A DNA stretch of 64,000 nt from Amoeboaphelidium protococcarum X5 (lineage: Eukaryota > Fungi > Aphelidiomycota): contig JALDTO010000136.1 in the NCBI GenBank assembly GCA_023515725.1, positions 379,896 through 443,895 on the forward strand. The letters are read 5' to 3'. Under the pieces are notes generated by a model. That model saw nothing but the letters and a program-made list of their open reading frames with translations, was not told the DNA's origin and ran no database searches. Shown here in pieces: positions 25,838 to 37,003 of the stretch (within the stretch, counting starts at the first letter, position 1; the number at the start of each line of letters is the position of its first letter). A program made the position numbers and the translations under genes.

Positions 25838-27349
25838 TCAGCTGTCATCGCCATTTTCTCCCTATTTGATTCTTCGTTCAAATATAGCGACAAAGAAGCC
25901 ATTGGTGAGATGTTTATGTGGATCGACGCGAATTACTTGGTCCATCCCATTAACGCCGCGATTAGTCCATTGGGGAAGCGCGTGATACAGTTACCATTAG
26001 TCTTTGCATTTCTGTAGACAATGTTCCACTACCGCCTCGTTCTCTTCTATATTAACAGAGCATGTGCTATATGACACGCGTTCTACAGCTGGAAATGAAA
26101 GAGCATGCAGGAGCATCTTTTTCTAGAACGCACCTAGATTCTCTAGTCGGTCTTCTGCTGATTAGTCATCAGTACCATCTGCCTAGGTGCCGTCTATAGA
26201 TGAAGCTATATGATTCCTGGATCTTTAAAGCGTTCGATGAGAGTCAACCAGATAATCTAGTCTGTTCACAATACCAGACCCGGAGCATGATGGATCAAGA
26301 ATGATAAATCTTACTTAATTGTATGGTTCACAATGAGGATCGATATCGAGGAAACTCTGACACTGTGCACTAACATTAAGACATTCATACTTGCGCATCT
26401 ACATCTCCAAAGTGTTCAGTCTGACGCGATCAATATCGTAGGCGTATACACAACCAGCATTCAGATGATCTTCATACACTGCCTCACTGAGTTGACTAGT
26501 CTTATTGCCTGGAGCAGCACACGCATCAATACACACTGCGCCTTTGTACTGGGTATCATATCCATCCAATAGAGCAGCAACTGGCAAACAGCTAGCCTTA
26601 TCTTATAGAATCAGTGCTCCGTCTTGATACAACTTGTTCAGATGAAGATCATGCCCAGGTGGGAATACAAGCAGATTAGGTATATGTTCGTCAATTGCGA
26701 ATATTTTAACAGACTTCTTATTTCTCTAAGATTATTAAGTCCCAGTTGATTTAATCTCCTCAGACATGGATGTAAGTGAATCCACCTGCTGGTAACCTTA
26801 CTATTAAAGAGCTTTACAGACATCTCTGATACCCATGACAAAAGCATTCACTCTGGCATAGCGCGGTATTTTATCGGATAATGCAGCCATCTTTGCAATA
26901 TTCTAATCTACGAGTTGACCATTATCTTTAACACCTTTCTAGATCTTGAGCTTGGATAACTCTGAGCGGAGACGCGTCTTGTTCATCCATAGGTGATTAA
27001 ACAATTATGCGGGTGGTCCCTTATCTTTCATTACAATCACACTCTGCACCTTGCTCAACTATCCTACGGCAATCTCGTACGCCATAACAATTAATAAAAA
27101 TTTGAGATTATTAGTTTTCCGCACTATAGCTTTACTCAGACTCTGATACAATTGTGCTCTATCAATCAACTAATCAACCACCGATTTGTACTCCAAGACG
27201 CGACATAGGAAAGCCATGAGCTGCTTCTTATTTATACTTTAATCCTTGCATTCAAATACCTGGCTTTTTAATGATTTACTCTTTTCCTGTGTCAGCACTG
27301 AATGCAGAATCGTCGCTGCTTAGTTATACAATCGTATCTGCACCTTCAT
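25838..27349 (-). CDS. NSUN5: 25S/28S rRNA m5C methyltransferase NSUN5/Rcm1
   Basis: IPRYARVN, LILQDKASCLP (Q=TAA), IDACAAPGNKTSQL, LDPSCSGSG, YSTCSVNIEENE, GFFVAIFER. Confidence 0.92.
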
Positions 27350-27512
27350 TCTGCTCTTTTACTCGTTTTCTATCACTATCTAGATAGTTTTGCAGAATCT
27401 TAAATCGAAAACGATTTGTCTTTTATTATACACGTTTTGATCACGTTGAAAGGTCAAGATTTAAATTCAAATAGTTCTCATACAAATTTAAATTTAAAAT
27501 AAATCGGATAAT

Positions 27513-29597
27513 TCATAATTTCGAAGAAGATTTCTTGGAGGCGGAGTTACCTTCAGCACTTCTAGGAGTGTTAAGAGCATTGACAGTCTCACATAGACGA
27601 GAGACTTCCAGCAGAGTCTAAGCCAAAATAATCTTAAACTACACGGTGCTAGTCTCCCGGCAGCTCTTCTTACTCTCAATGCCAAACTTGATAAATTCAT
27701 CACCGACACAGTAGTTAATACCGTATCCATCAGGTTCTACGGTACCAAATCCAGTACCGTTGTAATTGACGCCACTGGACAGGGATGAGGTGGACAATCT
27801 GAACCGAGTAGATTCCAGCATCGCCGGGTGAGAGAAGAGCGGGTGTCTATTGGCAGAGTCTAGTTTCATATTCTCGCCTGCTAGAATTGGCAGACTATAT
27901 GCAACTTTTAAGCCTAAAATGTGGCGATCCACACCTTAACCGCTCATTGCCTCTATAGTGTAACGAGTATGCGATACTCCGGCTTTTTGCAAGGCATCAT
28001 ACTTTTGCTAGGAGGAAGCGTTCTTATTCACCATGAGCTTTAGAAAATTCACCGAGTCCACAGAACAGGATCTAATACACTCTGTTCTTCCCTTCAAGAA
28101 CTGACGAGTGCTAGCAGTCTCATATACGGCACACCATTCTCCCTCAGCCTTACCGCCGATCTACTAGCTAGCTTTATAGAAAGCCAGTTGCAAGCACATT
28201 TGAATGAAAGCGTCAGGACTAATCTTTCCAATTACCGATTTCAAATGCTTCCCGCCGAAATCAGTAAATATCAACACCCCTGCATCACTATTTCCACCAA
28301 CTTGATTCGCAGTATTGATAGCTCTGGGAATATACACATTCTTCATAGAGTCATCCAAATGCCACTAAAGTCTCGACCATAACTACCGTAAATTAGGTCG
28401 ACGGCTTCTGTCATACACAACGCTCAGGTCACTGATAGCTCCATTAACATCTCTAGCAGGCTCATTCTCAACAAGCCAATCAATAAATCTAGATGGAATC
28501 AGAGCATCACACGGTGAATGTTCTCCGTTAATACCAGCAGATCCATCAGACATCACAATTACTGTAAGAGTCTTGTCGAACCAGCGATTTCTTCCATAAC
28601 CATACGAAGAGTCGCCAGAACGCAACAGTCCATGAGCAGTGTTTGAATACAACGAAGAGAAATCATTAGTTGGCACACTGACATCATCGAGTGCTATACA
28701 AAACAACGAGTCTCTAACATTCTCAAATGAATCCTTGTTAACTTTGCTAATATTCAGCAGATGCTTATGAGCTTAAGCCCAATTATCGCGCTGATCAGCC
28801 GTAAGAATGCCCACTGGATACTTGACTTACTCGCTCTATGCATCACTGACTATATCCCACAACAACTTTTCAAGAGCAGCAATGCTCAGCCGTTGCACGC
28901 CACTACCACCTGGAGTATCTATATAGCAATCCAGATGATACACATGATCCTTAACCAAGACTGTGATGTGACGAGCAGCACCGGATTGAACAGTCGTAAA
29001 TCGAGATGAGCAAACGTCAGTATCACATCCATCCAGGGGAACTCTTGTCATACCAAACATTAACCTATACTGGTTCATGCACAATGGTATCTTTTTCCTG
29101 CCCATCAACTCAGCTTCAATACTCTAATTGTCAATGGCTTCCTTCATATTCAGAGCATTAGTGATGAATCCTGCAGCTCGATGTATCTAAAACGAGGTGA
29201 ACCGACCTTCTTATACAGGTAGCTGGGAATAATGCTTCAGGTTCTGAGGATGTTACGGGTGCTCTTTCATTGCCAGAAACCAATTGGAATTGACAATCAA
29301 CGGCTCTCTCCACGACAAATATGCCAAGTCAAGCCACCATTTATCAAGCCAATTACCGCCACCCTCACCAACCATAGGCTGAAATGGAACATTATTCACT
29401 TACTCGGCATGCTTTAACAAACGTGCTTATAGTACCGGACCATGAGTGGACACAAAGTCATGGCACAATTCTTACAACTTGGAGGCATCGTCATCAGATT
29501 TAATATACGGAAGTAATGACTTGTACAGTTTCTAAACCGTCTACTTTAGATCCGGTACCGGAAGTTTTGGTAATTAAGACTGATACGAATCCATCAT
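27513..29597 (-). CDS. CAT2: Carnitine O-acyltransferase (acetyltransferase type) with C-terminal PTS1 SKL
   Basis: LPKLPVPDL, PLCMNQY, NRWFDKTL, NGEHSPCDA, SPDAFIQMCLQLAF, YETASTRQFLKGRTE, GQGVDRHILGL, GFGTVEPDGYGINY. Ends SSSKL-TGA. Confidence 0.92.
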
Positions 29598-29944
29598 ATA
29601 CAAATAGCTTTTCGACTTAATATGGTAACAACTGATAAAGGAAGAAAGAAAGAAGAAACGAGACGGCTGCCCAGGTGAAACAACAAAAGCTATCCAAAGG
29701 TCAGTTTGACTGAAACGCTATTTTATGCGAGACGCGCGTCTCTCTCTTGAACGACGAGAAATCAATCCAATCAATCCACAGTGTGGAAGCAAACCTTAAC
29801 CGACCGATGATTTCGAGTTCAATTTCCAATCAGTGCCCAATTTTCTCGCGAGACGCGTCTAAGAAAGAATTTCGTTCTACGGTCACTGCAGCATTTTCCT
29901 TATATTGGATTTAGAGTACATTTACACCGATTAAAAATAATAGA

Positions 29945-30598
29945 ATGAGCAGCAAATTACAGGTGCCAGCTGTGCGTGAAGCCGTTCAGCAGCTATTGGC
30001 TCAGTCCGGGGAGAAGAAGCGTAATTTCTTGGAGACTGTGGAATTGCAGATTGGATTGAAGAACTACGATCCTCAGCGTGATAAGCGTTTCGCTGGATCC
30101 ATTAAATTGCCAAATATTCCACGCCCAAAGATGTCTGTGTGTATTCTGGGTGATGCTCACCACTGTGACGAGGCAGCCAAGGTTGGACTCGAATCCATGT
30201 CTGTGGATGATTTAAAGAAATTGAACAAGAACAAGAAGCTGGTCAAGAAGATGGCTAAGAAATACGACGCGTTCTTGGCCTCTGACTCTCTGATTAAGCT
30301 GTTGCCTCGTCTGCTTGGTCCTGGTCTGCACAAGGCTGGTAAATTTCCAACTCCAGTGTCACATAACGACAATCTGTTGGAGAAGGCCAACGAGATTCGC
30401 GCCACCATTAAATTCCAGCTTAAGAAGGTGCTGTGTCTCGGTGTTGCTGTCGGTAATGTCGGTATGTCTGACGATGAGATGCTATCTAATGTCATGCTTG
30501 CAGTTAATTTCTTGGTGTCTCTGTTGAAGAAGAACTGGTAGAACGTCAAGTCTCTATATATCAAGTCCTCTATGGGTGCTCCTATTAGATTGTACTGA
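29945..30598 (+). CDS. RPL10A: 60S ribosomal protein uL1 (L10a), 217 aa
   Basis: [17 protein letters not shown]...[33 protein letters not shown] occupies the conserved Q of KKNWQNV. Confidence 0.98.
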
Positions 30599-30958
30599 TT
30601 GACTTATGACTTTATATAGTATGCTCAGTAAGACTTCTCGTGTTTCTGTTTGTTCATTGTCTCTTTTACTTCTTCAATTATTCAAAAGATAATTTTTGCG
30701 AAACCAAATGTTGACTAACCGTAAGCAATCACTCAAATCGATCAATTGGGGATTTACAGTTAGCAGCGTTTCAGACATTGCCTTGAAAGGTGCGCGCGTT
30801 AAATCTCTTAGTATCATGCTATTTGTAATAGCTTTGTGGAAATTATTTACCGTATATACTGTTTAAAGAACATTATAAGAATGAAGACTGAGTGAAAGAT
30901 AGTTAAGACCATTGCTATTTAAAAGTGCAAACCAAATTATTTAACCAATACCGATAAT

Positions 30959-31366
30959 TCATTACTCAGACTCAGCAAGTTCCTTGTCTTGTCTTTCCCA
31001 CTCTTCTCTCAGGTTTCCGAGAAATTCCCAAGCCTCGGGGTCCCAGGGCTTCATACCATAACTCAGAATGATATTGACATCTTCTTCATATCTCTTATCA
31101 CCAGGTTCGCCGTACGGAATCTCGTCGTCGTCATCATCATCCTCGTTATCTTCAACCGCGTTGCCTTACGCGTCATTGGCGCTCGCCTGCTGTTGCTGTT
31201 AATGCAAACGATACTCGGCTTCCTCCTTTTTGATTTACTCAATCGCGCCCCAGCTATCAACATCCCACGGCCTATAACCATACTGGATCATGAGATTAAT
31301 ATCCTGCTCAAACTACTATTCATAATCATCATTGATATCGTAATCTTCGCTGTCTGACATTTTCAT
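30959..31366 (-). CDS. Small acidic protein with two copies of a YG..PWD...W motif (possible upstream start at 31438)
   Basis: FEQDINLMIQYGYRPWDVDSWGAI and YEEDVNIILSYGMKPWDPEAWEFL. Open to TAA-TGA. Confidence 0.7.
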
Positions 31367-31645
31367 CCTTAATGCTACAGTATCAGACTTAAGTTTGAGA
31401 GAATGAGAGAGGTGTATATTGGGGCGATCAGGAGTCATTTAGTCTGGAGCCAATCACAGTAATGATTTGGAGTGAGTGAGCTGTGGCCAAAATACTTCAG
31501 ACAGACCAAATATCATTCTGCTCAGTTTATGACGCGATTTTATTTTCTCCGAGAGGTTATTTGATCAGATTATCTTTGGACCATTTATTACTACTGTATC
31601 GATTATACATTGTGTTAATATTTGTGAACACAATTTTAATATAAA

Positions 31646-32755
31646 ATGAGTGGAACAGCGTGGGCTGACAGGCCTGATATGCAAACTTCAGTGGCTTAAA
31701 TGATTTTAACCAAGTTCTTCGAGGCACTGCAAGATGATGTGTATCCTACGGAAGATTCTGAATCAGTTTTTGGTATAGAGATGGATTAGTCTGGCGCGTA
31801 ATCTTTTAATGTGGCCGAGTGGAAGACTGGGCATTTGATGTATGGAGCATGGTAGACTCTGTGGAAGAATGGTATGATTGATATGAGTAATATGACAGCC
31901 GCCATGTAAAGGGGTGAACTGCCCAAGTTCTTTGAGAAGACTGCTCGCGATTTGAACACCAAGTATGAAGAGGCATGCCGAGTGGGACATGGTGATATGT
32001 ACATGACAGCATACGTGCAAGAGCTGGTAAAGAGAGACTTTCGCGGTATCGTGTGGGACCATGTAGTTTTGAATAACTTGAAGCACCGAAACCCTGCGTC
32101 GTAAAGTACTGGCTCTTCTACTCAAAATTCCACTGGTAATCCTCCAAGTAATGAGTAGCAACCTAAAGTTTTCAAAGGTATTAGAATCAATGGTTCCAAG
32201 ATTACACCTGAAGACGTGGTTTTTGATTCTTCTTTCTCTGAGAAGGTGCCTATTGCCCATGCCGTGAACATTCCATTGTATGTCAAGAAATTACCTGGTC
32301 CTGGTAGAAATGACGAATAGTGCCTGATTGTCAGATTAATGTCTGAACCTAGAGTAGGCCTTGCTCCATCTCGATGGTAGTATGGAGGATTTATTGGACC
32401 GGCAACGCCAGTTTTACTCGCTCGCAGTGATGGAATAGCCTTTGAAGTGGACGATTGGTGTGTTATGGATGAATTTGGTTGCGCCATGTTGGACGGCGGT
32501 CCTAGAAATGTTAAGCCCTCTGATTTTACTTCCTATGCCGAGTTTAACAATTATGAGACGGCCAACATTGTCTTGGAAGCTAACTATCCAAAAGGCGCCC
32601 GTGTTCGCGTTCACGGCTTGAAAAGTAGAGCTGATTTAAATGACCAAGTTGGTACTCTGTCTGGTTGGTATGGAAATAAGCGCGTGGGAGTCCAAATTGG
32701 ATAAAGCAACGAATCATTCTCTTTAAAGCCATCTAACGTGGAATTGATTGATTGA
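31646..32755 (+). CDS. Hypothetical multidomain protein, 369 aa, with C-terminal SH3-like module (GARVRVHGLKSRADLN...SLKPSNV)
   Basis: Continuous table-6 frame. Middle motif LM....GLAPSRWQ...PVLLARSDG. Confidence 0.75.
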
Positions 32756-32953
32756 AGCTACTTGGTTATGTAAAATCTTATAATACTAGTGATAATGTTA
32801 ATAAATTACAGTACATCAGCGATAAGCTAACATTCAATGGCATGATTTAAAGATCGAATCATACTGTAACATTTATTTAAATCAAAGATCAACTAGCGGC
32901 AACTAAAGTGACAACCATATATAAAATAGACACGTGGTGAGATACAAGTAAAG

Positions 32954-34894
32954 TCAATTGTAACGATCTAAAATCTTTTCTCGGTGAAGCAGCTTCTTGT
33001 AAATATAGTTCCACTTGGAAGCCACCTGTTGTAACTATTTAGATTTGGCTTTTTCAACCAGGGTGAGAACGCGAGACTTGAACTCTTCCACAAATTCAGC
33101 CACTTTATCCTCTGCAACCACTATTCCATCAACTGAAGGTACACTTCTTCCACCATGATACTCAAAGCCTATAACGGCCTCAGCAAATTCTATATTACAA
33201 TCTTGAGCAACACGCTTCATTGTAGGCAGACGAACGTCAGCGGATGCATTCTTCAAACTCTTGGGCAGTTTACGCCAGAGATACCGTTCACTGATATGGA
33301 AAGCACCTTCAGGCAGCATCTCCTCTCTGAACAAATCCATATTACCATACTTGTTCTTAGGGATTATGCCATTGACAATAGGGGGAGCGCGATACGGCTC
33401 CGTCTACCAAAATCCAAATAATCCAACCAAGCCTTCTTTCTATAACTCAGTCTACTCTTCCTCCATCAGAATTTTGATATTACGTTTGGTGGGCATAACG
33501 CGCGATTTAACCTTCTTTATAGGATATTCCCCTGCCTTGACAACTCTAGCCTCTTATGAGATCCACTTCTCTGCCGTATGCAGATCTTGAACCAGACTTC
33601 GCGGATAGATATCATGTCCTCTGATTTGACCAACAATTTACGCCGGATCTTTGGGGTGGATAACTTCAAACTTTTTCAAATACTTTTCAATTACAAACTG
33701 TGGATGATTATTGAATTCCGCCAAAGACTTGGGCATAACTGTACAACTTTGGGAAAATGCATCATAATCTTTCTAATCAGCCTCCTCGCACCTAGACTTA
33801 GCTGTAAATAGTCCACTTATAGTGTCCTTCCACCAATCTAAACAAGATTCTTTACGCCTCACATTAAAATCTAAATACCGAGCTGAAACACATTTACCGA
33901 AGCTAGACTGAGCCGCTAACGCGACAATGTACTATGGATTGATGCCCACATTGCCAATTGAATACTAAATGTATTTATCATCAACATCAGAAATCAACTC
34001 AATGTCTATAAGGCCAAATGGCACCCACGATTGCCCATCCTCTGATAATAATTCAAACCAGACATTGTTTACTACTAGTGAACTATCTGAACGGTCCATA
34101 GAACTTCTTTTCTATACTTTAGCACTCTTTTGCTTACCACCTCGATCAAAATAAGGACTCTTGACAACTTCTGGCTCAAATTCGTCATCGCTATCTTCTC
34201 CTACAACGGCCTTTCGCTTCCTTCTCTTTTATTTCTAACCATCAGGCGGAGTTCTACTTTAAGTCTCACTAACTACCACCTTTTGTTCTTTATGACTAAC
34301 ATCGTTCTACTTTTAATTCACACTTCGCTGTACTTTAAGTGACGGTACCTAGATTGCGTAAACGAGCCTGACCTCCAATCCTAATGCTCGTAAAAGCGCG
34401 ACAAAGAGCAGAGTCAATTCTCTTGTATTACCATTACGCTTATTCACAGTCTTGATCAACGATTACTTTACGCTAATGTCACCTAATATAGCCAATTAAT
34501 CATCCACAAAGTATTCATTAAGAAGCCACTTTCGGATTGACGACAGCCACGACAGAAGTTCTGACTATGACGTAATATCTGACTGACGATGATGTAGTTA
34601 GAACGGTAGCTGAGACAGCACTAAACCTTATAGCGTGGAATCATCACATAGCGCGTTCAGTATACATGCATTAAATAATTGAAATACAGCGTGACTTTGA
34701 TGCAAGAACATTTATTTATTACGCATGTCTTTCGTAATACCAGGTTACTTCTAACGCTTCTGAATGGAAATCGTCATCTCCGAATGATGCTGTTCGCCAT
34801 TTTCATCCTCCTCTGCAATGGTTTAATTGTCCAGCTGCTGATGCTCCACCTCTTCCCAATCTTCTTCAAATTCACTTTCAGATTTCGCCATCAT
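32954..34894 (-). CDS. RAD4: DNA damage recognition protein Rad4/XPC
   Basis: VWFELL...WVP, [79 protein letters not shown]. Confidence 0.92.
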
Positions 34895-35169
34895 TACTTT
34901 AATTCAATCACCTAGATCTTATAGAGTGCCAAGGAAAAGTGTCATAGATCGGTGACAATCGAAAGACAGAAAACAATCGCGATGAAGTTTCGCAGAGAGA
35001 GGACAATCGATTATGACGTTAGAAAGTGTCCCAAAACTCATTGGTTGAAACGGCGATCATTCGCTACAAAGTCTAGCAATTACCGTTCTTTGTATCGCTT
35101 CACTTTAAAAGTCATCATGACAATATTTTCAATGTTGTTGTTTGAAAAGGAACGCTTGGCGACAGTCGG

Positions 35170-35430
35170 TTCTTATCAATTCCGTTATCGGCAGCGCGTA
35201 AAAATAAACAAAACGTACTGTCTGTCACCCAGGAAGCTTATCATCCAGCCATCCATCCTTTGATCATCAGCGACAATTGATAACGATAAGCAATCAACAA
35301 CAAACACTTGCCTCTTTTGTATTACAACTAAGCGGCGTAAATAAAATCAATTCTTCATACTTTGATCATCTTTGCTATTAGATTTATTACAACTATCGAT
35401 AATTGTTGTTTCATAGTACGTCTTATCAAA
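35170..35430 (+). promoter_or_regulatory. Cluster of GATAAG/CTTATC GATA-factor sites upstream of the ammonium transporter
   Basis: CTTATC at 35172, 35237 and 35422; GATAAG at 35285; TGATAA at 35278. Confidence 0.55.
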
Positions 35431-35431
35431 A

Positions 35432-36866
35432 ATGTCTTTACTGTATAACAACGCTACGGTTCTTAATGCTGGCCAGGAGGCTTTGTATCAGCAATTGAAT
35501 GGTGCTGACATGGTGTGGGTTATGGTCTCCTCCGTCTTGGTGTTTATAATGGTAAGTTTATTTGCTTGATCAACTATATAAAAAGATCTAAACCTTCTTA
35601 TCGTGAATTTTAATTAGAGTGTAGACACCAGCTAATGGCTATTTCTATGGTGGAACAGTAGAATTTAAGAATGCAATGTCTGTTATCTTTATTTGTATGC
35701 TCACAGGAGCAGTCGTATCTATCCAATGGTTCTTCTGGGGTTACTCTCTGGCCTTCTCTGACACTTCAACGAATGGATTTATTGGCGATTTGTACTATGG
35801 TGGCTTCGCTAATCTGGGCATGAAGCCTCATCCTAATTGTCCCACTATTCCGGGTCTTTTGTTCAGTATTTATCAGCTTATGTTTGCCACTGTTACTCCC
35901 GCTCTAGCTTTTGGTAGTATCGCTGAGCGTACTAGAATCTTGCCGTGGATAGTCTTCTTGTTCGTGTGGTGTACTTTTGTGTATGATATCGTTGCGTATT
36001 GGACATGGAATCCATCTGGATGGTTGTACAAGTTTGGTATTAAGGATTTTGCTGGTGGTATCCCAGTGCATATTGTCAGTGGTGTGAGTGGTTTGGCATT
36101 ATCGCTCGCGGTTGGTAAACGTTCTCAATCTGCTGCTATGCCTCACAATCTGACTCATACGGCGCTGGGTACTGCTCTGTTTTGGTTCGGTTGGTTTGGA
36201 TTCAATGGTGGTTCTGAATGTCGAATGGACACTAGAGCTATCAATGCCGCGTATGTAACCCATTTGAGTGCTTGCTTTGGTGGCTTGGCTTGGATCTTGT
36301 ATGACTATAGACTTCATCAGAAGATTACTTCTTTGGGATTCTGTAGTGGAGCAGTGGCCGGCCTTGTGGTTATCACTCCTGCAGCTGGGTTTGTTGCTCC
36401 ATGGGCTACACCGATTTTTGGTATTGCTGGAGCACTTGCTGGTAATAATGCGTGCTTTCTCAAGAGTCGCTTTGAGTATGATGATAGTCTGGATGCGTTT
36501 GCTGTGCATGCGGCTGTCGGGTTTGTCGGCACTATGATGACTGCCATTTTTGCCACCACGAGTGTTGAGAATATGTCCAACACTGGAAGTGCTAATCCGA
36601 GTGGCTGGATTGATGGAAACTTTTATCAGTTTGTGCCTCAGTTTGTCGGTTGCCTGGTGAGTGCTACTTATGTATTTGTGATCACCTTACTGATTGCAAA
36701 GGTTATGGATAAAATTAGATTTACCGTCGGCGGAAGATCGTATTCTCTGTCACTTCGTATGAACCGTGAAGATGAATTGACTGGAACTGATTTCAGTCTT
36801 ATGGGTGAAGTTGCTTATGATTTTACTCACACTGGGTAGAAACATATCGAGGCGTTGATGGCATGA
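35432..36866 (+). CDS. MEP: Ammonium transporter (Amt/MEP), intron 35552-35624
   Basis: QWFFWGYSLAF, YQLMFATVTPAL..GSIAER, DFAGGIPVH, WFGWFGFNGGS, GAVAGLVVITPAAG, DDSLDAFAVH. 453 aa spliced. Confidence 0.95.
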
Positions 36867-37003
36867 TGATCTTTTGACGTATAGAATTCTGTTGACTTGT
36901 TCAACAATCTGTGATGGTTTAAAGTATAATGTAGTTTTAGATTAAATCATTTCTCTTTTTTACTCACTTTCATCACTCTTTTACACCTTAAACACTTACT
37001 CAC

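Noticed and set aside
30539-30541. Programmed stop-codon readthrough or pyrrolysine at the RPL10A TAG
   Set aside because: The same behaviour is seen for both TAA and TAG in nearly every gene and the aligned residue is Gln, so global reassignment is the simpler explanation.
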